The position numbers and the translations under genes are program-made. From assembly GCA_963732385.1 (NCBI GenBank), contig CAVSZB010000008.1, positions 64,001-128,000 on the forward strand: a stretch of DNA of 64,000 nt, written 5' to 3'. Shown piece after piece: positions 40,754 to 50,080 of the stretch (the stretch's first letter is position 1; each line of letters begins with the position of its first letter). Below the pieces are notes generated by a model. That model did not search any database and was not told the origin of the DNA. It saw nothing but the letters and a program-made list of their open reading frames with translations. This DNA is from an uncultured bacterium (lineage in GTDB: Bacteria; Krumholzibacteriota; Krumholzibacteriia; LZORAL124-64-63).

Positions 40754-41233
40754 ATGTCGAGTCATTTCCCGGCCACGCAAGGCCACGCGGTCACCATGTG
40801 TCGTCATCCCGCGCTGACCGTCGACGCGGTTGTGCTGAGGCCGCGTCCGCCGGAGTCGGGTCGCGCGGAGTTCGAACTGCTGCTCGTGCGGCGGGGCCGC
40901 GACCCGTTCCGGGGCTGCTGGGCCTTTCCCGGCGGATTCGTCGACTATGGCGAGGATCCGGGCGCGGCGGTGCGGCGCGAGGTGGAGGAGGAGTCCGGTC
41001 TGACCGGCCTGCCGCTGCGCCAGTACCAGGTCTATGGCGATCCCCGGCGCGATCCGCGCGGCCACACCGTGACGCTGGTCTATGTGGCCGAACTCGGCGC
41101 GGATCAGGTCCACCAGACGCCGTGCGCCGGCGATGACGCCGACGAGGCCGCCTGGTTTCCGGTCGACGCGCTGCCCGAACTGGCGTTCGATCATCGCGCC
41201 ATCCTCGATGATGTGCTGGAGATGCGCGGCTAG
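40754..41233 (+). CDS. Nudix hydrolase
   Basis: Nudix box GGFVDYGE...REVEEESGL; RDPRGH, LAFDH. Confidence 0.92.
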   Translation: MSSHFPATQGHAVTMCRHPALTVDAVVLRPRPPESGRAEFELLLVRRGRDPFRGCWAFPGGFVDYGEDPGAAVRREVEEESGLTGLPLRQYQVYGDPRRDPRGHTVTLVYVAELGADQVHQTPCAGDDADEAAWFPVDALPELAFDHRAILDDVLEMRG

Positions 41234-41249
41234 CGTCGCCGGCGTCCCT

Positions 41250-41474
41250 TCAGAAAATACTGCGCAGCATGAGTGCCCCGCCCAGCATCGCCAGCGGGAT
41301 GCCCAGCGGCAGTCCCACCAGCGTGAAGCAAAGCACGGTTCCGGTGATCATCAGCGCGAAGCCGAGAATGGCGCCGGCCAGACGTCCGGTCAGTTTGAGC
41401 ACGAACGCCAGCAGGTCCCAGATCGCCACGAGCGGCCAGAGGATCCAGGGATAGTCGCGGGGTCTCGGGGTCAC
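41250..41474 (-). CDS. Small membrane protein, hypothetical
   Basis: 74 aa, highly hydrophobic; GTG start after GGAGG. Confidence 0.65.
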   Translation of the reverse strand: MTPRPRDYPWILWPLVAIWDLLAFVLKLTGRLAGAILGFALMITGTVLCFTLVGLPLGIPLAMLGGALMLRSIF

Positions 41475-41714
41475 GTCGGGCCTCCGGGGAATGAGCCTGT
41501 CCGCAGTCGTGGCGGGGTCGACAGGCGGCCGATTTCGCCGTTGCGCGGCCCGGGGAATGTCATTAGGTTCCCCCCTGCCGGGATGTGCGTCCGCGCGCGA
41601 TCGGCCGGCCAGCCCACATCAACCCTACACTAGCACGCGCGGCGCCGAGAGCGGGAGTCCGTTCCGACGTCCCGGCGGCGCGGCAACGCGTCCGCCCTGC
41701 CACGGGAGATCGCC

Positions 41715-42836
41715 TTGACCAAGCCTCCGGCCCTCACCTCCGAGGCGGTACTCGCCGCCCTGCGCGGCGTTGTCTGCCCTGGGATCACGAAGGATATCGT
41801 CACCATCCGGCTCATCGGCGACATCGCCGTCGAGAACGACCGCGTCTCGGTCGCCGTGGTGCACACGAGCGAGAAGCCTCAGCTCATCGCCGAAGTGCGG
41901 GCGCTCGTGGAACAGCAGGTGCGTTCGCTGCCGGGAGCGCGGGAAGTCATCGTCACCGTGACCGGCCCGGGCGCGGAGGCCGCGCACGGGCACGACCACG
42001 GCCATGAACATGACCATGCCCACGGACACAGCCACGGTGCGCGTCCCGCCGCGGCCGGACCCGATCCGTGGGCCGAGCGCGCGGCGCTGCCGGGGGTCAG
42101 GCACATCTGCATGGTGGCCAGCGCGAAGGGGGGCGTGGGCAAGTCGTCGGTGGCGGTGAATCTGGCGCTGGCCCTGCAGGAGCTGGGCCACCGCACCGGT
42201 CTGCTCGACGCCGACATCTACGGCCCGTCGATTCCCGCCATGCTCGGCACGCGCGAAGTTCCCATGGTCGAGGGGGAGGAGGAGACCATCATCCCGATCC
42301 GTGCCCACGGCCTGCAGGTGATGTCGATCGGCCTGCTGGTGCCGCCCGAGAAGGCGATGATCTGGCGCGGTCCGATGGTCTTCAGCGCGGTGCGCAAATT
42401 CCTCAAGGACGTGCGCTGGGACAACCTCGACTGGCTGGTCGTCGACATGCCGCCCGGCACCGGCGACGCGCAGCTGACCTTGGTTCAGCAGGTGCCGGTG
42501 GACGGTGTGGTGATCGTGACCACGCCGCAGGAGATCGCGCTGGCCGACGTGCGGCGCGGCATCCGGATGTTCCGCGAGGTGGACGTGCCGGTCTTCGGCG
42601 TGGTCGAGAACATGAGTCACTTCGCCTGTCCGCACTGCGGCGAGCGCAGCGACATCTTCGGACAGGGCGGCGGCGAGCGGACAGCCGCGGAGTTCGGCGT
42701 GCCGTTCCTGGGCGGGATCCCGATCGACCCGACGATCCGCGTCGGCGGTGACGAGGGGCGGCCCGCGATGACGGACCCGGCGAGTCCCTCGCGCGCGGCG
42801 TTCCTGGCTGTGGCGCGCCGGATCAGCGGGGACTAG
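41715..42836 (+). CDS. mrp: Mrp/NBP35 (ApbC) Fe-S cluster carrier ATPase with His-rich linker
   Basis: SAKGGVGKS, DADIYGPS, WRGPM, DMPPGTGD, VENMS..CPHC. Confidence 0.93.
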   Translation: MTKPPALTSEAVLAALRGVVCPGITKDIVTIRLIGDIAVENDRVSVAVVHTSEKPQLIAEVRALVEQQVRSLPGAREVIVTVTGPGAEAAHGHDHGHEHDHAHGHSHGARPAAAGPDPWAERAALPGVRHICMVASAKGGVGKSSVAVNLALALQELGHRTGLLDADIYGPSIPAMLGTREVPMVEGEEETIIPIRAHGLQVMSIGLLVPPEKAMIWRGPMVFSAVRKFLKDVRWDNLDWLVVDMPPGTGDAQLTLVQQVPVDGVVIVTTPQEIALADVRRGIRMFREVDVPVFGVVENMSHFACPHCGERSDIFGQGGGERTAAEFGVPFLGGIPIDPTIRVGGDEGRPAMTDPASPSRAAFLAVARRISGD

Positions 42837-42884
42837 AGACGACCTTTCCCGGCGGCGTCCGTCCGCGGAGCGGGGGAGAACCCG

Positions 42885-44090
42885 ATGGTGGACAGGGCCC
42901 TGTTCGCCTGCCTCGTGCTCACGGCGTTGACGGCGACCGTATCGGTGGCGGCCAGCCAGATCGCGCTCGGGCTCACGCTTCTGCTCGCGTTGTGGTTGCT
43001 CGCGCGGCGCCGCGGCGCGTCGGTCCGCACCGGCCTCGAACTGCCGGCCGCCCTCTTCGTCGGCTGGGCGCTCCTGATGATCCCCTGCTCCGGAGATCGG
43101 GCGCAGAGCCTCCTCTTCGCGCGTCGTTTCTGGCTCCTCGCGGCCGTGTGGCTCTTCGCCACGCACGGCCGCGCCGGTCGTCGCCGTGCCTGCCTGGCCG
43201 GGGCCTTCCTCGCCGGCGCGGTGCTCGCCGCGCTCTACGGCCTGCGCGGCGGCGGCGCCGCCGCCGCCGATCTCACGATCGGGCACCGTCTGACGCTGGC
43301 CCAGGGCTACATGACCGGTGGCGGTCTGATGATGATCGCGGCGCTGGTGGCGGTGGCGGTCGTGGTGGCCGGACCGCGTGGCCGCGCGCGCGTCCTGGGC
43401 GTCGCGGCGCTCGCGCCGCTGCTGCTCGCCCTCGTGCTGACCATGACCCGCGGCGCCTGGCTCGGCTGGCTCGCCGGCGCCGCCGTCGTTCTGGCCCTGC
43501 GCCGCGCCCGCTGGCTGATACCGCTCGTCGTCGTCGTCGCCGCACTGGTGGCGCTCGCGCCGGCGTCGGCGCGCGACCGGTTCCTCTCGTCGTTCGATCC
43601 GCGTCACGAACGCAATACCGAGCGCGAGACCATGTGGCGCACCGGCTGGCGCATGATGCTCGACCACCCTCTCACCGGGGTCGGCGATCGCGACCTGAAG
43701 CAGGTCTACGCGCAGTACCACCAGGGCGAAGCGGTGGAGATCCAGGGACACCTGCACAGCAACCTGGTCCAGTTCGGCGCCGTCTGGGGCGTGCCGGGCC
43801 TGCTGCTGGGCGTTGCGTTCCTCTTGTCGATACCGCTCCTGCTTTGGCGTCGGCGCCGCGCCTGGCGGGCTCTGGGCGCGGCTGCGCCGCCCGGCGCGGA
43901 GGCGTGGACCCTCGCCGCGATTGCGGTCTGGACCGGTTTCAACGTGATGGGGCTGTTCGAGTGGACCTTCGGCGATGCGGAAATGGCGCTCGCCTTCTTC
44001 ATCGTGGTGGGAATGGGTCTGCAGCCGGCGCGGATCCTGCCCTTCGCCGACGGCCCCGGGCGCGTCAGTCGGAATACCCCAATTCCCTGA
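42885..44090 (+). CDS. O-antigen ligase family membrane protein
   Basis: TRGAWLG, R..MW, HPLTGVG, HLHSN; many TMs. Confidence 0.85.
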   Translation: MVDRALFACLVLTALTATVSVAASQIALGLTLLLALWLLARRRGASVRTGLELPAALFVGWALLMIPCSGDRAQSLLFARRFWLLAAVWLFATHGRAGRRRACLAGAFLAGAVLAALYGLRGGGAAAADLTIGHRLTLAQGYMTGGGLMMIAALVAVAVVVAGPRGRARVLGVAALAPLLLALVLTMTRGAWLGWLAGAAVVLALRRARWLIPLVVVVAALVALAPASARDRFLSSFDPRHERNTERETMWRTGWRMMLDHPLTGVGDRDLKQVYAQYHQGEAVEIQGHLHSNLVQFGAVWGVPGLLLGVAFLLSIPLLLWRRRRAWRALGAAAPPGAEAWTLAAIAVWTGFNVMGLFEWTFGDAEMALAFFIVVGMGLQPARILPFADGPGRVSRNTPIP

Positions 44091-45585
44091 GCTGACGCCG
44101 CACCTTGTCCGCCACGTCCTCCCACTCCCCGGAACCCGGCGCTCCCCCCCGGTTCGCGGACCGGTTCAGCACCTCGGCGGCCGCCAGCAGTTCGCCCGCG
44201 ATTGTGGTGCGCTCGCTTTTCAGGTCGCGGGTCTCGCCCGGATCGGTCGCGAGGTCGAACAGCGCCAGAGGCTGGCCGTCGCGGGTGGCGATCAGCTTCC
44301 AGGGGCCGCGGCGGGCGGCGATCAGGTCGGGGCCGTAGGAGATTTCCTCGGCGAGAACGAGACGGCCCGGGTCGGGGGCGGCGCGGCCGGCGGCAAGCGG
44401 GGCGAGGGAGCGGCCGGCCAGCGCGGGTATGGCAGCCGGCAGGGGCAGCGGCGCGACGCCGAGCCAGTCGCATAACGTGGGGGCGACGTCGCATAGCGAC
44501 ACCGGTGTTTCCACGCGCGCGCCGGGAATGACGCCGGGGCCGGCGGCGAGCCACGGCACGTGCAGCACCTCCTGGAACTGCGTGTGGCCGTGGCCGATGC
44601 CGTGCAGGCCGCGGGGGTCGTGGTTCCAGCGGCGCGACGGTTCGAGGTGCTCGAGGAATTCCTCGCCGTGGTCTGAGTAGGCCGTGACCAGGGTGTTGCG
44701 GTCGAGGCCCCAGGCGGTGAGCTGGTCGATGGCGCCGCCAACCGCGTCGTCGGAGGCGACGACGCAGGCGTCGTAGAGGGCGAGTTTCAGGGCGAGGTCG
44801 GCGCGGACGGTTTCGTCAAGCGGAGTGGAGCAGAGGCCGAGGTGCGCAACGCCGCGAGCGGGGTCGCCCCAGCGGGCGAGGGCGCGCAGGCGGTCTCGCG
44901 TGGGGGTGGGCGGCCCTCCCGCCGCGCGGTAACCGGGGTCGGCCAGGCGTGGCGCGAGTCCGGCCCGCGACGGTGTGGTCGGTTCGTGGGGGTCGTTCAG
45001 CAGTACGAAACAGAAGAACGGCCGGTCGGCGTGGCGGCGGATCCACTCCAGGGCGAGGAATGTCACCTCGTGGGCCGGCAGATTGTGGTAGTGAGACTCC
45101 GCGAACGTCTCGGCCAAACCGAAACCGACGAACGGATTGGCGTAGAAGGCGGCCGTGCGGTAGCCCTGCCTCCCGAGGTGGGTGGCGAGGGTGACCGGGG
45201 CGCCGCCGTAGCGGCGGGGGGGCTCGCGGTCCAGGTTGCGCAGGGGACCGTCCAGACCGGCCCCGTGCAGCACCGGCATCACGCCGGTGAGCGAACTGGT
45301 GAACGATGGCAGGGTCCAGGGGGCCGGCGCGGTGACGTCGGCGAACTGCACGCCACGCGCGGCAAGGGCGTCGAGCGCGGGGGTGAGCCGGCGCGAACAG
45401 CCGGCGAGGCCGAGGCGGTCATTGCGCAGGGTGTCGATCGCCACCACGAGCAGGTTGGGAGGACCGGGACGGTCCTCACACACACGCGTCGGCAACAGCC
45501 ACCGACGGCCGTGGATGACGCGGCGTCGGGTCGCGGCCGCCAGTCGTTTCAGCCCGCCGCGCGCGGGAAACGGGTCGAACGGCAT
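44065..45585 (-). CDS. Sulfatase-like / alkaline phosphatase superfamily hydrolase or transferase
   Basis: IDTLRND, PWTLPSF, DPHEP, SDHGEE, HGH, LHVP. Confidence 0.85.
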   Translation of the reverse strand: MPFDPFPARGGLKRLAAATRRRVIHGRRWLLPTRVCEDRPGPPNLLVVAIDTLRNDRLGLAGCSRRLTPALDALAARGVQFADVTAPAPWTLPSFTSSLTGVMPVLHGAGLDGPLRNLDREPPRRYGGAPVTLATHLGRQGYRTAAFYANPFVGFGLAETFAESHYHNLPAHEVTFLALEWIRRHADRPFFCFVLLNDPHEPTTPSRAGLAPRLADPGYRAAGGPPTPTRDRLRALARWGDPARGVAHLGLCSTPLDETVRADLALKLALYDACVVASDDAVGGAIDQLTAWGLDRNTLVTAYSDHGEEFLEHLEPSRRWNHDPRGLHGIGHGHTQFQEVLHVPWLAAGPGVIPGARVETPVSLCDVAPTLCDWLGVAPLPLPAAIPALAGRSLAPLAAGRAAPDPGRLVLAEEISYGPDLIAARRGPWKLIATRDGQPLALFDLATDPGETRDLKSERTTIAGELLAAAEVLNRSANRGGAPGSGEWEDVADKVRRQLRELGYSD

Positions 45586-45598
45586 CCGGCCTCCGGAC

Positions 45599-46684
45599 TC
45601 AGGACGGGATGCGCAACTCCGCATCGATCCGCTTCGCCAGCGCGGTCACGTCCTCCGTCGACAAGGTCGTCTTTTTTCGGCGATCTACCAGCGATTGGAT
45701 GAGGCGCTTGGAGTCGACGCGGACAGCGGTGATGCCCGGCTTGAACTCCTTCCAGGCGCGCTCCTCGGCGTTCTTGAGCAGCGTGTCGGCGTCGCGAATG
45801 GAGGCCAGCGCGATGCCGCCCAGATCCCGCTCCAGGGAGTCATACGCCTTGGCCAGGTACCAGCTGCTCTCCGCCAGGTAGGTGCCGACGTTCAGGTGCG
45901 AAATATAGTTGGCGGCGTTCCGGAGCAGCCGGCGCGCCTCGCCGGAACGACCCTGCTCCAGGAGCACGAGCGCTTCCTGGTAGGCGCCGAAAGAGCGCTG
46001 GATGGGGCCGTCGACGTTCGGCAGGGCGACCGCGGCCCGCAGCTGGTCGCAGGCGGCGAGGCACTCGTCACGTTTGCCGTCGCGCTGCAGCCGCATGACG
46101 ACGTCGGTCATGGCGTTGAGGTCGTGCAGTGGATAGAGGAAACGATATTTCTCGAGGTCGAGCTGCAGACGCAAAAACGCCGTCACCGGATCCCCCCGGT
46201 CCCCCTGCTCCATCTGCTGGCGGAACTCGTATATGTCGTCCGTGAGGAGGGAGCTCGGGTTGTTCTGGCGGATCAACTCGTAGAGGATCTGGCAGTTCGT
46301 GCGATCCAGTTCGATGTCGGAGCGATCGTTCTCGGCGATCGAGATGCGCAGGTGGTCCACCCAGACATACAGGGTGTTGCCCACGCGGCGCGCGTAGCGC
46401 AGGGACATGACGCCGCTCGTCCGCGCCGCTTCCGTGACCTCGAGCAGCTGGCCGATCTCCCGGGGGACGCCGGGCGGACGCCCGCGTGAGGGGCCGGCCT
46501 GCGGTTCCGCGCGGGACGCCTCGGGGACCGGCTTGATCGGCCCGGGGGACTGGGCGACGGCAGGAATCGTCTGCCCGACGCCGGCCGCGATGACGACCGC
46601 CGCGGCGGCGGGGACGAACCTGCGGATCGGACGACCGGCCCGGATCTGGCGCCGGATCTTGCTCATGGCCGCTCGGATTCGCAT
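45599..46684 (-). CDS. Hypothetical exported alpha-helical protein
   Basis: Signal-like hydrophobic segment, Pro-rich linker, helical body; typical codon usage. Confidence 0.65.
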   Translation of the reverse strand: MRIRAAMSKIRRQIRAGRPIRRFVPAAAAVVIAAGVGQTIPAVAQSPGPIKPVPEASRAEPQAGPSRGRPPGVPREIGQLLEVTEAARTSGVMSLRYARRVGNTLYVWVDHLRISIAENDRSDIELDRTNCQILYELIRQNNPSSLLTDDIYEFRQQMEQGDRGDPVTAFLRLQLDLEKYRFLYPLHDLNAMTDVVMRLQRDGKRDECLAACDQLRAAVALPNVDGPIQRSFGAYQEALVLLEQGRSGEARRLLRNAANYISHLNVGTYLAESSWYLAKAYDSLERDLGGIALASIRDADTLLKNAEERAWKEFKPGITAVRVDSKRLIQSLVDRRKKTTLSTEDVTALAKRIDAELRIPS

Positions 46685-46710
46685 CGCTGACCTCCCGGAA
46701 CGGTATTCTC

Positions 46711-46739
46711 TTGATAACCGGGACATTCTGGTCTAATGT
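46711..46739 (+). promoter_or_regulatory. Possible sigma70 promoter for the 46.8-57.1 kb operon
   Basis: TTGATA - 17 nt - TAATGT in the divergent intergenic gap. Confidence 0.4.
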
Positions 46740-46800
46740 GGCCCGATTACACTGCATCCTCCCCCGCGCTCCCATTGTATTCTGAAGGGAGAGTCCGTAG

Positions 46801-49158
46801 ATGTCCACAGCTTCCCGCTGCATGCGCCCGGCGGAGGGTCTGCTTGCCGCTCTGGTCCTGTTCGCGCTCGGCGCGAACCCGGCCGTGGCGGCAGTCGCCG
46901 ACCATCTGCTGCTGTCTGAGTTGGTCGTCCAGACACGCGCCGAGATTCCCGCGACGAAGTACATCGAACTGGTCAACCCGACGGCGTCGGCCATCGACCT
47001 CTCGACTGTCTACGTCACGGACGCGACCATCAGCACCACTCCCGCCTACTACTACAACCTCGTCAAACTCGGGGGGCTCGGAGGTGGTGGCGCCAGCGGG
47101 GACTTCCTTGCCCGATTCCCGAACGGGGCTTCAATCGCCGCCGGCGATACGATCGCGGTGGCGATCACCGGCAGCGGGGACTTCCAGACGGCCTACGGCC
47201 ATCTCCCCGATTACGAATTGTACGAGGAGGGGCTCGCGCCGGACAGCGTGCCTGAAATGGTCGAGGCGTTTCCCGGCAGCATCGGACGCGGCCTCGGCAG
47301 CAGCGGTACGAACGTGCCCGATCTGGCGTCGGTCGGCGAGTCGGTCGTTCTGTTCAGCTGGAACGGCCTGACCGACCTGGTGCAGGACCTGGACTACGCC
47401 TTGTGGGGCACTTCGTCATTGTACCGCGTGAGCAAGACCGGGGTGAGGATCGACGGTCCCGACGCCGGCTCCGATTCGACGACCTATCTGGCCGACACCG
47501 AGGTCACGTTGCAGAAGGCCATCGCCACGACGGTGCATGCGTTCGGAAACTCGTTCCAGCGCCTGTCGACCGACGAAGGGACCGAGGCCGCCACCGGCGG
47601 CAACGGCCTGACGGGCCACAACGAGATGAACGAGCAGCTCAACCTGACCTGGCGCGCGAACGCGGAAGACACGCCCGCGGCGGCGCCGCTCGTGGTCACG
47701 CCGCCGGCGCCGATCATCAGCGCCGTCGCGATGCAGCCGTCCGCGCCCGTGGCGGATCAGGCGACCACCGTCACCGCGACCGTGCTCGCGTTCGACAGCG
47801 TGAGCGCCGTGTCCGTATTCTGGAGCGACAACGGCACCACCTGGACCGAGGCGTCGTGCACGAGCACCGGCCTCAACACCTGGGCCGGCCAGATCCCGGC
47901 GCGCCCGCTCGACACGGTCGTGCTCTGGTACGTGCGCGCCACCGCCACCGGCGGCGGCCTCGCCACGAAGCCGGTCGCGGCGCCGAACTATTTCCAGACA
48001 TACACGGTTGCCGCGGCCCCCGAGCCGACCGATTACCCGCCGTTGCTGTTGATCACCGAGGTGTGCGTGCTTGGCTCGGAGAACGAGTTCGTGGAGATCG
48101 CCAATCCCACCGGCGCGGCGGTCGATCTGAGCAACTACTACCTGACCGACGCCATCTACTCCGGCCAGTACTACTGGAACATCGTCCTGCCCAACCCGGA
48201 CCAGACCACGGTGGGCGGCGGGGCGTTCACCGACTTCCATGCCCGCTTCCCGGCCGGCGCGACCATTGCCGCCGGCGATACGATCACGGTCAGTGTGGCG
48301 GGCAGCGACGCCTTCCTCGGCGCCTGGGGCATCCCGCCCGACTACGAGTTGTTCGAGGACGGCTCCGGCCCGGACGACGTGCCTGACATGCGCGAGGTCT
48401 TCCCGGGCAGTATCAACGGCTCATCGCTCCCCTCGCTCACCAACACCGGCGAGACCATGGTGCTCTACTACTGGAATGGCGCTACCGACCTGGTGACCGA
48501 CATCGACCTCTTCACCTGGGGCGCCGGCGGCTCGTATCTCTTCAGCAAGACAGGCGTCAGCATGGACGGCCCGGACGCCGACACGGTGCCGACGGCGTAC
48601 CAGGCCGATACCCCCACGGGCTCGCAGCAGTTGTTCACCACGGCGCATGCCTTCGGCGAATCCTACCAGCGGGTCGACGGTAACGAGGGAACCGAGGTCA
48701 AGACCGGCGGCAACGGCACGCTGGGGCACAACGAGACGAGCGAGAACCTCATGACGACCTTCCATATGGCTGTGGCCACCCCATCGCCGCCGGGCAGCAG
48801 CGAACCGGGCGGCGTCACCGGGGAGATCGCCATCGAGGTGCCTGCGCGCACCTTCCTGCCGTTGCTGGGCGAATCGTTCCCGATCCGCTTCCGTTCGCTG
48901 CGTGGGGCGCACACCGAGTTGCGGATCTACGACCTGACCGGGCGGCTCGTGCTGACGCTGTTCGACAGCCGCTTTGACGGCGCGGCTGCCTCCTCGTCCG
49001 GCCAGTGGACCCGGCGCGACTGGAACGGTCGTGACCGCCAGTTCGAACTGCTGCCCGCCGGCCTCTACGTGGTCCACCTGTCCGCCGTCGATCCGAAGAC
49101 CGGCAACGAAGAGACCAAGACGGCGCCCGTGGTTATGGCCACGCGGCTGAGCAAGTGA
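46801..49158 (+). CDS. Secreted protein with two lamin-tail-like (LTD) domains and a C-terminal FlgD-Ig/T9SS-like domain
   Basis: Signal peptide; duplicated LL(L/I)(S/T)E..(Y/F)(I/V)E..NPT...DLS..Y.TD; C-terminal IYDLTGRLV..WNGRD..LPAGLY. Confidence 0.8.
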   Translation: MSTASRCMRPAEGLLAALVLFALGANPAVAAVADHLLLSELVVQTRAEIPATKYIELVNPTASAIDLSTVYVTDATISTTPAYYYNLVKLGGLGGGGASGDFLARFPNGASIAAGDTIAVAITGSGDFQTAYGHLPDYELYEEGLAPDSVPEMVEAFPGSIGRGLGSSGTNVPDLASVGESVVLFSWNGLTDLVQDLDYALWGTSSLYRVSKTGVRIDGPDAGSDSTTYLADTEVTLQKAIATTVHAFGNSFQRLSTDEGTEAATGGNGLTGHNEMNEQLNLTWRANAEDTPAAAPLVVTPPAPIISAVAMQPSAPVADQATTVTATVLAFDSVSAVSVFWSDNGTTWTEASCTSTGLNTWAGQIPARPLDTVVLWYVRATATGGGLATKPVAAPNYFQTYTVAAAPEPTDYPPLLLITEVCVLGSENEFVEIANPTGAAVDLSNYYLTDAIYSGQYYWNIVLPNPDQTTVGGGAFTDFHARFPAGATIAAGDTITVSVAGSDAFLGAWGIPPDYELFEDGSGPDDVPDMREVFPGSINGSSLPSLTNTGETMVLYYWNGATDLVTDIDLFTWGAGGSYLFSKTGVSMDGPDADTVPTAYQADTPTGSQQLFTTAHAFGESYQRVDGNEGTEVKTGGNGTLGHNETSENLMTTFHMAVATPSPPGSSEPGGVTGEIAIEVPARTFLPLLGESFPIRFRSLRGAHTELRIYDLTGRLVLTLFDSRFDGAAASSSGQWTRRDWNGRDRQFELLPAGLYVVHLSAVDPKTGNEETKTAPVVMATRLSK

Positions 49159-49169
49159 GAGGGGAAGCG

Positions 49170-50080
49170 ATGATCAGGAACTGGACGGGACCGCTGCTCG
49201 CCCTCGCGCTGTGTCTCTGCGCGCTGCCGGCCGCCGCGAGTTTCGACAATGTCTCCGTCAGCCCGCGCGCCCGTGCCATGGGCGAGGCCGGCGTTGCGCT
49301 GGCGGACGATGCCTTCGCGCCCTACTTCAACCCGGCCGGCCTGGCGATCCTCGCCGAACCGACCGCGGGAGCCAGCTATATCCGGCCGTTCGCCCTGTCG
49401 TTCGCCGACTTCGTCTACTTCGGCGGCGCCGTCCCCCTGGGGGGCGCGCCGGCGTGGTGGGCGTGGGGCTGCGGCGCTTCGGTGTGGAGTACGGCGGCGT
49501 GGACCTGCTCCGTGAGACCACGCTGACGCTGGCGCACGGCCTGCGCGTCTACGAGGACCTGCACTCGACCCTGCGCGCCGGCTATGCGCTCAACGTGTAC
49601 AACCTGAAGTTCGGCCCGACCGTCGGCGAGGACGGCGCGGGCACCAACGGGCTCGACCCCGGCAGCGACACCGTGGTCGGTCTCGACGCCGGCCTGCTGG
49701 TGACCGTGCACGAGCGCACGCGCCTGGGCGTCATGGTGAAGAACCTGAACAACCCGCAGATCGGCCTCGACAACGAGGAGATCGGCCGGCGCCTCCAGGG
49801 CGGCGTGGCCTATGCGCCGTACGCGGGGGTCTGGACGACCTTCGAGTTCGAGAACGTCCTGGGCCAGGACGTGATCTACCACGGTGGCGTCGAGGTGCTC
49901 ATGGACTACGGCCTGGCGCTGCGCATGGGCGTCCTCTCGAACCCCGACAAGCTGACCGCCGGCTTCGGCTACCGCTGGCGCAGCCTCGGCGTCGACTATG
50001 GCTATTCCACCGGGGGCGGCACCCTCGACGGCAGCCATCAGTTCGGGCTGACCTGGGCCCTGGGCGGTGAGGCCAAGTGA
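49170..50080 (+). CDS. PorV/PorQ-like outer-membrane beta-barrel, frameshifted at G6 tract 49439-49444
   Basis: Signal peptide and ARAMGEA..YFNPAGLA in one frame; barrel strands ending LDGSHQFGLTW in another; adding one G joins them (VPLGGRAGVVG). Confidence 0.75.

Noticed and set aside
41630..41655. CIRCE-like sequence (CTAGCACGC...GAGAGC) upstream of mrp
   Set aside because: Several mismatches to TTAGCACTC-N9-GAGTGCTAA and wrong spacing
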